A stretch of 64,000 nt of DNA from Candidatus Micrarchaeota archaeon (lineage in GTDB: Archaea; Micrarchaeota; Micrarchaeia; Anstonellales; Bilamarchaeaceae), in the NCBI GenBank assembly GCA_016212505.1, contig JACRGB010000039.1, positions 1,590 to 65,589 on the forward strand. The letters are read 5' to 3'. Under the pieces are notes generated by a model that searched no databases, had not been told where the DNA came from, and was given only the letters and a program-made list of their open reading frames with translations. The translations under genes were made by a program, and so were the position numbers. Positions 8,501 to 19,000 of this stretch are shown one piece after another. Each line of letters begins with the position of its first letter. Within the stretch, counting starts at the first letter, position 1.

Positions 8501-11282
8501 CTCAACTGCTTTCCCAGGTTCAACCATCTGGTTCCCAAGTTTAACTAAATTCGGACTCATAATTCAGGATGCCTTCAGGCCAAAGAGGCCCCTGGAATAC
8601 AGTGCAAAGCCAATTGGCGGCGGCGGGCAATTTGGTTATGCCTGGGGCGATAATATTCCTACTATAGTAGGAGGAGTGGGAAGCTGGGTCACTACTACTG
8701 GTGGTGTTGCTGCTGCACTAAATGCAAGTTCAGAAACAGGTTTTGGAGGGTTAGGCATAGCCGGCCAGCCATTAGGAAGCAAAGGGGGAATAAGAAGTGC
8801 TTCCATAGGCGCTGAAGTAACCCCATCGCAGGCAAATGCGATTGCAAAAACTCTTTTCAGCCAATATGACCCAAAAAATCCAAAAAACATTGCATTCTCT
8901 GCTACTGCAGAAGCTGATCGCCTTCCAGGCGGAACAAAATCCACAGTTACTGGTGTATTTTCTTATACCGATCGTGATATTTATCTAAGGGTTTCCGGAG
9001 GCCATAGCGATTATTATGCTGATCTTAATTCTTTTGTATCTTTCCTCCTTACTGGAAAATATTCTACTGATGAAACTAAAGCAAAAGTTCCATTAACTGC
9101 TGCAGCAAATGTTGAAAATGTTTTGACAGAATCAGAAAAAAGCGGCGGTTCTGCACTGGCAGTAGATCTTGGAAGAACTTCTGTTCTATTGCATTTCCAG
9201 GAACTTTCATCACTTTATCTTTCTGGCTATGCAGCTGGTGGTGCCCAGGGCCAGGCTGCTATGGCGCCAACACAATATTTATGGACTGGTGCATTTGCCC
9301 CAACAGTAAGGGAGGTTGGCAAGACATCGGTTTATGAATTTAAATTCCCCGGGGAGTTGCTACGGTTTGATCGTGGCATGGGTACGGGCACTGGCGCAGG
9401 CCAGAGCGATGATTATTTCATACAGGATGGAGTGTTCACATTAATGCGCAGAAAAACCGATGGCGGAATAACAAGATTGTCCGAGTTTACCATTGGTGCC
9501 GGAGGCGGGTTCTACACCACACTTCCTCCTACTGTTCCTGGCATGCCTCCTCCTACTGAAAGTGTTACGCATGGTGCTGGACGCGGGGGGATACACTACA
9601 AACAAGAAACGATCTGGTCGGATAGGACACATACCAATTGGGGCCTTGGTGCTTCAGTGGAAGCAGGACCTGCAGATGCCCAGGCACTGCAATTTGCCCA
9701 GGCAGCATTCCAAAGAACTTATCTTCAAAACCTCTATAAGATCGGAGTTTATGGCTATGGGAGTAAGAGAGCAAACGAGCTTGTCTATGGTGCTTTGCTC
9801 AGCCTGATCCCACAATTCACTGTGGATCCCCAGAGTGGTGCGAGCTTCGATGCAATGAAATGGCTCTTTATTGGATTTATTGCAGGCGCAAGGGACATTT
9901 ATGGCGAAGATGTTTTCAAAAGAACCCAGGGCGCGCGAGTGGAAATTCAGCGCTACCAGGCAATTGATGTAATTGCAGATAATTTCAATGGTTTAATGTC
10001 TACTTATGGCAACAATCCCCAGCAGATACAGGCATTTATACAAAATTTCAAAAATTATTATGGCGTTATCGACCAGTTCTTTGACCGCTATGCTCTTGCT
10101 GTTAGTGTTTCGGAGAATTTTTCTCTTGATTTTAATATGGTTGCAAGGGAAGTTCCGGTTTCAGGAAAAGGCGGGGATTGGTATAAGCAGGTGCCTGATA
10201 ATGTGAGCGGAAGAGCACTTCTAACATTTAATCGTGGTTTTGCGCGTGCCCAGGCTTTCTTCCCACTTTTTCCGGCCAATCCTCAATTAGGTGGAATGGC
10301 TGGTGCGGTAGGTGCTGATCTTGGGCTTGATTTATTCAATGGGCCGGCATTTAACCGCATGATTGTTGGTGCTGCAGCTATTTTGTCACGCGATCAACTG
10401 GGCGAGCAGTGGAAATACAAAGCAACATTGCTTCAGGGCGGAATAGTTCTTTACAATAATCTGGTTGAAAATTATTCGAGCTACAAATCACTTGTGGCAA
10501 AATATGACCGTGCTGCGCAATATCTTGATAGCCCAAATAAGAAGATCCGGGGATACATAGGAAAAATTGATCCGGAATTAAGGGCCCAGCTTGCTTCTGG
10601 AGCAAATCCATTAATAAAATCCCAAAAAGTACGGGATCTTCTACTTGCTGCAGATGAAAGAACAATAAATCTTGATGAATCAACCTTGCGTGAAATTGGA
10701 GTTGCCTTAGGCCAACTATTTGAGCGGGAAAAATTCGCAATACAGGAAAAATTCAACAAAAGCGTTAAGGAAAATCTTGAAATTTATACTGCTGCCCGTG
10801 TCCTTATAGACGGGGATAAAATGTGGGATGTTGGAATATTTGCACAATATGTTGACCGGATGAAATTATACTTAATTGGAGGGATGCGCGATCAGCCCCA
10901 GTTCTTTGGCGGTTTTGATATCAAGCTGGTTAAGCGCGATAATATAGAATTTAATCTTGGTGCAATCCAGGGTGTAAGAGGAAAAGCAGGAGGCGGGCCA
11001 CCAGACGCTGGCTTTGGAGCTCATTTCCAGCTTAAGTTCCCACAAAGGACTGCTGGCGGCAGGCCAGGGGTTTCGGTTCACTTTGCAGGAGGATATTCAA
11101 CACAAGATAGTCCGACCTATTCAGATATTCTTATGCAAACTTACCAATATGGCGGCTTTGCAGGAGGCTGGGGCTTTATCACTTTATCTATAGGTGATGT
11201 TTATCGCGGTGCAACTCCAATGTTTATCAATCCAGGTCCTACTCCTTACAGCCCAACTCAGGCAAATCCCTACCAGAGATAG
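5514..11282 (+). CDS. giant orphan secreted/anchored protein (1922 aa)
   Basis: Uninterrupted 5.8 kb ORF (GTG 5514 or ATG 5523). Charged N-region followed by the hydrophobic segment AVAAATAIVLSI..AYG. The N-terminal half looks helical, a Pro-rich linker lies near 8221-8560, and the C-terminal half is Gly/aromatic-rich. Confidence 0.8.
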   Translation: MDKMALIRRRDKDGQGAVGDPLSHSTPVPSPRSSKSAFSRWFSSRAVAAATAIVLSITNINAGMPNLAYGKPPSGGSAGIMAPGPTLVSQTEAELRAKAQEAVSILVSFVSSGGNDSQGKFYSRYYAIFTDLVTKYNMADPIQKVAFYDTFKHAFENNSILFDFQSRYAADKGLLGADPLLIGTMLFDCIRMIAQGKRGDAEAQFGPNFVAKINQIIAVQSSPVLIDIRAKMSSGQLREINEFFQRMGLPACAPKDNVAMMQLVDATTSAFGLTDPIQATQFLNAVVYAYLWLKSGEKQSFEYWVSQLKADSKKAQELAQRAHYASKGPGQQSYEIFYSEYKKYYETPEAQIPKKVDQFEELKKRYPPHVQTSEMHLAKLTKIFETSPSGMVLQEIVNRFNFASEAVLVLGQDPSRKADLAKFKAELDPLSKWLDKFDLKKFMAEEAQARMEFLSALGMAKIDPRIVFEGYKTKQFAAIDELNTLIQNKRFADAREKLTEIKQDLNPLRDMLAKTPAAREWADKIGQHLTVIKTSISSASVTKKATDSLSSLRSNFNELSANAITIVLFGESQKPISEKLAAFKSCFMKIDSAYLLLGDPKRSQIFSLFGELEEIAGQKQLYNLVLAHLFALDQEVGEIFTNLAIADPDLIDKMKKRVDKTFSADQVRKGQEAWARDYHQIDVSPLLLDKNVQDLHTRVSSAVASGKEFKPGDLTTDEIVMLKKMYGDLPLEVQLRHFNNHFRPPSEVDNQRYAIAAALPPITAAAFFQYVKTVQENHVGSEYERRSVRDTIIFLNSVNPILVPKYLAAIKAVAESCANAPDTYSQSLDMIHAGTRTVAGLADPLNPINRGALIDVRRVIDELGDAFNYIRRSVASGNLIYDRLDLLDRTIYLLPQEPHYILHKPWALKPPLIAPGYGVPGGFYPSPFPRLLTLPAPIIPVTSGRANLSPGTIYTPESAAIVPTTIIPSLYINTFAASTVANARSWFYPTHTPVTISTAFPGSTIWFPSLTKFGLIIQDAFRPKRPLEYSAKPIGGGGQFGYAWGDNIPTIVGGVGSWVTTTGGVAAALNASSETGFGGLGIAGQPLGSKGGIRSASIGAEVTPSQANAIAKTLFSQYDPKNPKNIAFSATAEADRLPGGTKSTVTGVFSYTDRDIYLRVSGGHSDYYADLNSFVSFLLTGKYSTDETKAKVPLTAAANVENVLTESEKSGGSALAVDLGRTSVLLHFQELSSLYLSGYAAGGAQGQAAMAPTQYLWTGAFAPTVREVGKTSVYEFKFPGELLRFDRGMGTGTGAGQSDDYFIQDGVFTLMRRKTDGGITRLSEFTIGAGGGFYTTLPPTVPGMPPPTESVTHGAGRGGIHYKQETIWSDRTHTNWGLGASVEAGPADAQALQFAQAAFQRTYLQNLYKIGVYGYGSKRANELVYGALLSLIPQFTVDPQSGASFDAMKWLFIGFIAGARDIYGEDVFKRTQGARVEIQRYQAIDVIADNFNGLMSTYGNNPQQIQAFIQNFKNYYGVIDQFFDRYALAVSVSENFSLDFNMVAREVPVSGKGGDWYKQVPDNVSGRALLTFNRGFARAQAFFPLFPANPQLGGMAGAVGADLGLDLFNGPAFNRMIVGAAAILSRDQLGEQWKYKATLLQGGIVLYNNLVENYSSYKSLVAKYDRAAQYLDSPNKKIRGYIGKIDPELRAQLASGANPLIKSQKVRDLLLAADERTINLDESTLREIGVALGQLFEREKFAIQEKFNKSVKENLEIYTAARVLIDGDKMWDVGIFAQYVDRMKLYLIGGMRDQPQFFGGFDIKLVKRDNIEFNLGAIQGVRGKAGGGPPDAGFGAHFQLKFPQRTAGGRPGVSVHFAGGYSTQDSPTYSDILMQTYQYGGFAGGWGFITLSIGDVYRGATPMFINPGPTPYSPTQANPYQR

Positions 11283-11335
11283 CATGGAGTAAGGTTTTAT
11301 AATCCATTTGTGAATGTACTTCAGAGGTCGATAGT

Positions 11336-11740
11336 ATGAGATTAGATTTTATTGATTTTAATTTTTCTGAAACCAGAAAAGTTGGGCCAAATCTTCATCA
11401 AGGAGTTGCAACTAATATTGATGTCAATAATGTAAAAATGGAAGAAAATATGCTTTCAATGGATTTTGTCTTTACTGCAATTTATTCACCGAGCAATAGC
11501 AACATAACAATTGGCGGCAGCGTAAAATTTAGCGGTGATGAAATAAAGGCTGCATATTCAGATTATACAAAAAACAAGAAATTTTCCCCTACCTATGGCG
11601 AGGAAATAGTCAATGCAATAAATTATCATGCTTCTATGAACGCGATATTAATCGGAAGGGCAGTTAATCTTCCTCCTCCAGTAATATTACCAACAATAAA
11701 GTTCCAAAACAACCAAGTTCCTGCAAAAAGCAAAAAATAA
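11336..11740 (+). CDS. small hypothetical protein, possible SecB-like chaperone fold
   Basis: 134 aa with its own TATA (ggttttataatcc) and a GAGG before the ATG. The layout and the C-terminal ...AVNLPPPVILPTIKF resemble the SecB ...[11 protein letters not shown] region. This is a weak by-eye similarity only. Confidence 0.5.
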   Translation: MRLDFIDFNFSETRKVGPNLHQGVATNIDVNNVKMEENMLSMDFVFTAIYSPSNSNITIGGSVKFSGDEIKAAYSDYTKNKKFSPTYGEEIVNAINYHASMNAILIGRAVNLPPPVILPTIKFQNNQVPAKSKK

Positions 11741-11770
11741 TCGAATAATCGCCCAGAAAGTTCGGCAAAA

Positions 11771-13012
11771 TTAGCGCCTTAAAGGCGCAGCCTTTTCCTT
11801 ATTTTTCTCAACAAAATTTGTCCATTCGATTATCAATGCAGATGAATCACGCATTCCTTCTGGAATATTTATTCCCTGGGTTTTTAGAAATGTACTGACA
11901 ACTCCTATTGCCAGTTTTCTTTTTTGTTCATCCATCGGAGCGCTGATCATCATAAGAATAGACCCAGTTCCCTGAGTAACTTTTCCGAACAGATCATTCT
12001 TTACAATTGAACTGAAATATAGTTTTTCAAAAGCACTATCCACAACTTTTTTCTCTGCCTTATCTAATAATGCTTCGACTTCTTTTGCTTTTCCAGCATT
12101 TACGTTTTGGATAATCAATTCTTCTGTAACTTTTGGTTGAGCAACCGCCGGAGCAGCTGCTGGCGCCACTACTCTTGCTGGAGGAGCGGCACTGTCAGTT
12201 TCTTGTCGCGGAGCAGCCGCCTCAACTTTCGGTTCCCATCTCTTTATCCTTTGGTCTTCCTTCCCTTCTGCGTTAAATCGCCTTGCATAAAGTGCAGTCC
12301 CGATCACTGCCCTGCTAATTTCGCCAAAAGACCTAATCGCGTACAGTTCATCCCCAAATGCAGATGATCCATTTTGTGCAAAATATTCATTTAGCCCCTT
12401 GACCAGTGCATCCAAATTTTCTGTACTTACTTTACTTCCTTTTGCTGCTCCCCCCAGAAATAATGCTAGTCGCATATATGCGCCGCTGGTTTGTCCATCA
12501 ACGTATTGTTTGAACTTGTTTCCCTTCTCCGATGATACAAATTCTATGAGTGCTTGGGCGGTTTCATTTTTAGGCATTTTTTCAATATCATCTGCCCGCT
12601 GATAAAGAGCATCGATTTCTCCCTTTTCTATTCTTTTGGTGAGCCATTTTAGGTCTATTTTTTCTAATTTGGCCACTTTTACCCAGGCAAGTTCGCCTTC
12701 CCTTCTTGCAGGAGTTGCATGTATTGTTTCAGAAGGTTCTTTTTCCCCTCCTTCGATTCCGAGTTTTGCTTTGATCAGAAGAATGGCGCGATTTATTTCA
12801 GCATCCTCCCGTTTGAGTTTGCGTATTTCGGCTTTTGATTTCTCATCCCCTCCATCACCAGCGTCCCGGTATGCACTATTTAATGCTTTTATTATTTTTT
12901 CTCTTATTGCTGAATCATCATCTGTTGCATTTACTTTAATTTTAGTTGGAAAATTCTGCGCTGTACAGTTTACCGTAAGGACTCCACTTTTGTCTGCAAC
13001 TATTCCTGTCAT
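11771..13012 (-). CDS. hypothetical protein (413 aa) translationally coupled to the 2700-aa gene
   Basis: Its ATG overlaps the stop of the upstream giant gene (ATGA at 13009-13012). It has the Pro/Ala linker AAPPARVVAPAAAPAVAQP. No recognised domain. Confidence 0.7.
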   Translation of the reverse strand: MTGIVADKSGVLTVNCTAQNFPTKIKVNATDDDSAIREKIIKALNSAYRDAGDGGDEKSKAEIRKLKREDAEINRAILLIKAKLGIEGGEKEPSETIHATPARREGELAWVKVAKLEKIDLKWLTKRIEKGEIDALYQRADDIEKMPKNETAQALIEFVSSEKGNKFKQYVDGQTSGAYMRLALFLGGAAKGSKVSTENLDALVKGLNEYFAQNGSSAFGDELYAIRSFGEISRAVIGTALYARRFNAEGKEDQRIKRWEPKVEAAAPRQETDSAAPPARVVAPAAAPAVAQPKVTEELIIQNVNAGKAKEVEALLDKAEKKVVDSAFEKLYFSSIVKNDLFGKVTQGTGSILMMISAPMDEQKRKLAIGVVSTFLKTQGINIPEGMRDSSALIIEWTNFVEKNKEKAAPLRR

Positions 13013-16000
13013 TTTTTCACCGCGTCTCGTCTTAAATTGTCACCCTTTGTTTTTAGTGCTGACTCGCTCGGTTCAAGGCCATCAATTTTTGCATCTTCTC
13101 CGTGGCCTTCTTTTATATGAATGCCATACCTATCATAAAGCTCTTTCGGGTCCGGATGTTTCAGCACTATTTCGAAGTATATGAGTTTCCTTGCGGTTTT
13201 TCTCTGCTCTCCTTCATCTGCACCAAGGCTATTTTTAAAAGGGGCTTTGGCAAGCAAATTTTCTATACGGAGTCTAACTTTAGAAGATATGTTCTTTTTA
13301 AAAAACGCATCCGCTTCAACCTGTTTCTGCTCCTCGCTTTTGCCGAATGTCGGGGCTGGCGTTGGCGCTTGGGCGGGCGCTGCGCCTTGTGCTGAAGTGC
13401 CTGTTGGCAAGGGCGCAGTAAGAAGCGCTTTTACATGTGCTACCCGGTCGGTTTTCTCCTCCGGAATAGTAAGCTCCAGTTCCAATCCTCCGCCTTCAGT
13501 TGCTTTAACCCTTATTCCAATATCTTTGAGCACTTGCGGGGTATTGTCCTGCTCGCCCTTTTGCGCAGTTTTTGGCACATGGTATTGTCCTGCTCCGCGT
13601 GCTGCGGCTGCATGCCTATATATTGTATCATATATCTGTTGTTCTACTATCCCCGGCGCGATGCTTCCCGCTTTCTCCTTCAGCACCTCTCTTAGCTTAG
13701 TATCTGTTCCGATTGCCTTTAGCAGCCATCCATTTTCTGAAAGTCCGCTATTAAAGTATTCCCTTATGCGCGGGGTTATTGCCGCCCCCTTACTGACTTC
13801 ATAAAGCCCTAAAGAGTCACCTGCCCTTGAAATGGCAAGGCCACCCGGCAATATGTATGTCGGGTTTAATGGGGCCAGCCGGAGCTGCACTGCTTGCGGG
13901 GCGCTTGGTTTTGGTGCTTTAACTTTGAGCTGCTCAATGGAATCAAATATGCGCTTTACCTCTTTTTCAACATTTCCTCTTCCCCAGGTTTCTGTGCCGC
14001 TCCCAAGCAGTTTTAGCAATGCCAAAACCAGTTTTCCAGGGGCATCAAACTTGTCTTTTTCCGCAATTATCGCCTTAACCAGCCCTTGCCCGAACCTTGG
14101 ATCATTTGCCAAAGCCACAAGTTCCGGATGATCAAGCATTTTCGGATCAAGCTCTGCAAGTAAGCTTGGTCCCACCAATCCTTTGGCCTTTGCCTTTTCC
14201 ATTGCTTTGGCAGAATCACTTCCTATTATCTCCGAAGCAAGGTCTCTTGGATTGCCATATACCATTTGTGCATTATTTGGGTCAGCCCCAAGGGCAAAGC
14301 CATCAAGCCCGTTAAGTTTTGCCCAGTTCGCAACTTTTAATTTATAATTTTCCATGAGCCTTGCCGTGTCTGCTTCTGAAACCTTATACTCATCAACAAG
14401 CGCTTTGAACGCGGCCCTAAATTCAGGGTGCTGCGTTGCCCGATTATCCATAGCTGCAAGGAATGAATATGTGTTTGTTGAAGCAAGAGGATTTTCAAGA
14501 TAAAGGCCCGCAACTTCCAGCTGTTTTCTGATTCCATCCGCTGTTTCTGCTGGAGTTGATTTTCTTAGGTTTGCAACAGCATCAGCCATATATGACTGAG
14601 GTATATGGCCTCCAAGCACTCCTTCAGCATATAATATCCTGAATAGCTGTGGGTGGGTGCGTAAGAACTTTATATCTTCTTCCTGCTGCGATCCTACTAC
14701 CGGAACCTTGCCTTGCATTTGCACTATCCCTGTGGAAATACAGAATTTCAGCACCATGCCGTCGTATCCCCTCAAAAGGGCTTGCCTTGCAACCATCTGG
14801 TTGCTGAATGCTGAGAAGTACTTGAGGTCTTCTAAGTCAAATTTCGAATCTGGATTCAGCTTCCGTTTCTGGTTAATGTATTCTGTTAAGGCAGCAGTCA
14901 TAGGATACCCTTTCACCTGCCCATTCATGAGCGGATCTTGCAAATACCCTCTGTAAAATTTTTGTGCAAGCGTTCCACGGACAGTCTGGACATCCAAAGT
15001 TGGTATCTCTCCCTGCGCTCTTATCACTGCCAGTAATGACCCTCTGTCAAATGTCCTGCCGCTTACATCAGCATAATTCAAACCGAATATGCCTAATGTT
15101 TCCTTTACATATCCTTCTGCTTCTGGTTTTGGTAAATTAGCGTACCTGTTTAGTTTTTCCAAATCAATATACGCAATCTGCTGCTCAAGGATAGCACCCA
15201 AATAAGGGAAATCCTTCTGGAGTTTTGCAAATGCATCATCTGATCTTTTTACTGCATCATGAAGTTCTTTTGCCAGTTTTTCAATTTTTGATCCTGATTC
15301 CGGATGTCCGGCCTCTTTCCCTTTTTCTTTCCTCTCTGTTTCTTCCCTGGCTGCTGCTAAAGCTCCTCTTTTTTCTGTTTCTGCCTTTCTGGCTGCATTT
15401 AATTCTTCGATATCATCTTTTACTTCTACAAACCGGACTTCCCTTAGCATAACTGCCTCTGCTTTTCGGTGTGCCGTAGCAAGCAGGACATCATCTTTTG
15501 TTATACTTGCGGCTGTTAGGTCTTTTGTGAAACCAGCCTCAACTTCAGCTTTTTTCTCAGCTTTTACGGCCGGTCCTTGCAACTCCGCAAACTTATCGTT
15601 TATTCCCAATATTTTTCCCGCACCTGTTGCTGCTAAAAATGCCGGCCGCGGATCTATTACATAAATATTTGTATCTCCTATCTGCAAATCAAGCTTACCT
15701 TTATCACTTGGCTGCAACGTCTCCCTTTTGAGAGGTTCTGTAGGCAACATCCAAACATATTTTTCACCTTCTCCCCTATTTGGAAGAGGAATCCGGTAAC
15801 TTCCGAACCTATCGCTAATGCCCCCTTTTTCTTCAAGACCCCATGCTTCTGCCATTTTTTCTTTCCTTTCATACTCTGGGTCCAACCCAAAATGATAAGC
15901 TGGCCAAGCCAAACTCATTGCTGCTGGCAGGAAATATGCATAGGGCCATCCTCCTCCCCTGAAAAATGCCCTTCCCCTGCTCGGGCTTGCTTTAAAGCCC

Positions 16001-19000
16001 CTCCATCCAGCATACCCAATAGCCGCAGGTACTCCTACTGCTGCAATTCCTCCGAGCCCTATGGTGTATAAACCAACACCTAGGGTCGCTACTCCAGCGG
16101 CACCTAGTCCTACTTTTGTTACCCTTTTCCAGGTTAGTTTTCTTGTATAACCCGGCGCAGTTGGGCCAGTGCCACTCGGGCCTTCTGTTGCAGACTTAAG
16201 ATGGCTTGCAGCATTAAATTCTACTGAAAATTGTGCATTTATTTTTATCTGGTTGGACAGCCTTCTTGTATAATCTACAAATCCATTTGCTTCCCCTACC
16301 ACTTCGGACGGGTTCGGGCCGCTGGCTTTTCCGGCCTCATTGATTTTGTTTCCAATCCGCTCGATCTTGGATGGATCTACTACTTGGCCTTTGCCATCAG
16401 CACCAGCTGCTTTATCTCCTGCCGCCAAGCGCAAAGCTTCGCTATGGACCTCATCGAGCAATCTCCCGATGTCCCTTATTGCTCCGCCCCTTTCGCTGTC
16501 TATGAATGAACGTGTTCCCCCTTCGATCACGTTAGTTATTGCTGTTTTATATCTGGCCTTTGCATCTGCAGTTACATCTACCCCATCAACCAGGGCATTT
16601 AATCTTGCTCCAATTATTGCATTTGCTGCCCGATTCGGTTCTCCAAGTGCTTTTGCACAATCTGCTGCTACTGTTCCTTCTCCAACCAATGCCTTAAGTG
16701 CAGTTCTTGCAGGTTTGCCATCTTCGCCAACTTTTACCTTTCCTTCTATGTCTTTTCCTAAGGCTTCACTGCCAAGATACTCGCTAACCGCCCCATTAAA
16801 GCCTCCAGCGCCAATATTTCCGCTGTCTGCTTTTTGCCTAAGGTCGGCAAATAAGTTATCCGGCCTTTGGCCAGTTTCTACCGCCCGTGAGTTATTCAGC
16901 CTGGCTATCTCTCTGGAGTAATGGTCGATAATCGCCCTTCTTTCATTTCCAACCGTCTCACCCGCCTCACCAACGGCCGGAGCGCCCCTTAGTACGGCGG
17001 CATCATTAGGATCCATTCGCGGGAGCATTTGGGCAAGGAGTTCAGGGTTCCGTTCCATTAATGCTTTCACTTGTTCTTCAGTTAGGGGTTTTGCCTGGTA
17101 TTCCTGAGTAACTTCCCTAGGGTTAACTCCTCTTGCGCGGGCTTCATCTTTAATTGTTTTTTCTGCTAATTCCTTGGCTTGAGCAGGAAGGTCTACCCCG
17201 ATCTCTCCTGATTTTGCATAAAGCGCTGCAAGGGTCTCTCCCTCTGCCCTTGTGCTCATGCTTCTCCTTAAATTGCCTACAGCATCATCGTATCTTTGTG
17301 CGATTTCCGCTGGTTTTAGCGCGCCTGCCTTGCCTAACTGCCCATCTACTGCTGCCCTCTCTTCAACCGTAATTGTTTTGAATACGTCTCCGACAAGAGA
17401 CGGCCTGGCTTCTAACAATGCCTTAACCTGGCCTTCGCTTAATGTTTTTGCCCTATACTCATCCTCAATTGCCTTTGCTTCGACTGCCCTGCCTGCACGC
17501 GCTGATCTTTGCTTTGCCGCAGCATTTATTATGTCCCGTGCTTCTCTTGCAGCGTCTAATCCGAAGCCAGCTTTACTTTTTGCATAAAGTGTTGCAAGTA
17601 TTTCCCTGTAGCTGGATGGATCTTTCTCCTGAGGGTCAGTTGCCCTTCTTGCCAATTCTTGCGTTAATTTTTCAAACTCTTGTGGGTTAGCCCTGCGCAT
17701 CTCTTCAAGCGAAGCTACGCATTCTCCCTTATGTTCTTTGAGGAATTTATCTGCAATTTCTTTTGTGGGATCTATTGTTTGTTCTCTTGCTCTGGCTGCC
17801 GCTATTTCAGCTTCTGTTTTTCCAGCTTCAGCAGGCTCTGCGCCTTTAGGTCCCTTACCTTCAGGAATCGAAGCTACTTGTTTTACTTCTGGAGGTGCGG
17901 CGGTACTGTCTTTCATGAACCATCCGCCAACGGTTTTCAATGTCCCTCCAACTGCTCTACCCACTCGTCCTGCCCGTGTTCCTTGCGCTCCAACTTGTTC
18001 TGGGGGTACTTCGCCAGTTCTTGTCGGAATTATCTGGCCCCTAAGGTCTGTAAATTGTCCTTCTGGTGTAGTTCCGCCACCCGCTGCTGCCCGTGCAGCT
18101 TGTTCTGCAGGCTCGTCCACAATTCGTACTTTGCCTCGCAAATCCTTAAGATCATTTTCAAATCTTCTTCCTAAGAAACTATTAGCATCCAATCCTTGTT
18201 CTGAACCTAATGCATCCATTAGTTGTTTATTGTTTGCCCAGATTTCCATTCTTCTTCGCATTTCCGGAACCATTTCTTCCAGACGCCCTTGCGCGGCTTT
18301 TTGTGCATCCGCTCCTTTTCTTCCTGATAATGCGCTAAGATAATCCTGCAAAGTAGCTGTATCATTAAGGATTGCGCCTTTTGTTGGTGCCTCATATGCC
18401 CTTACTTCGGGTTTAACAATTCCAAGGTTCGCCATCTGCTCTTCAAGCAAGCTTGCCCTTACTGCCCGCATTCTCCAGTATCTTGAAATGCGGTTTGCAA
18501 TTGAATGCGCTACGCCCACTCCCGCCATCCCATACTGCAGATATGCCTCCCTTCTAAGTGAATCTGCCTCGTTGATTAATTCCCTCCTCCTCACTTCATC
18601 CACCTCTCCTTCTGCTTTAGCATAAAGTTCATTTGAATTTGCCTGTAGTTCGAGTGCATCCCCAGTCATTTTTAAGGTATATAACCATCCCATTCCTTTT
18701 GCAATTTGCTCTGCTGATACTGTCACATTTTCTGCTGCTTTTAAGGCCTTAAGTGCACCTGCTGTTGCACCTGCCCCAACTAGTGCAGCTGTTATAGCAA
18801 CATTGGCCCACGTTTCATTGCTTACTTTTCCAGTGGCCTCATATTCAGTTACCACATCATCGGTAGTTGTTCCTATTATCAATGCGCCAGATATCCAGGG
18901 GCCAACTACTGGGATGAAACCGCTTCCTATAGTTGCAGCTATTAAAGCCACTTTGCCTGCGAACTTTGCCTTTTCTGCCTCTTTTTCCATCTGCTGGAGT

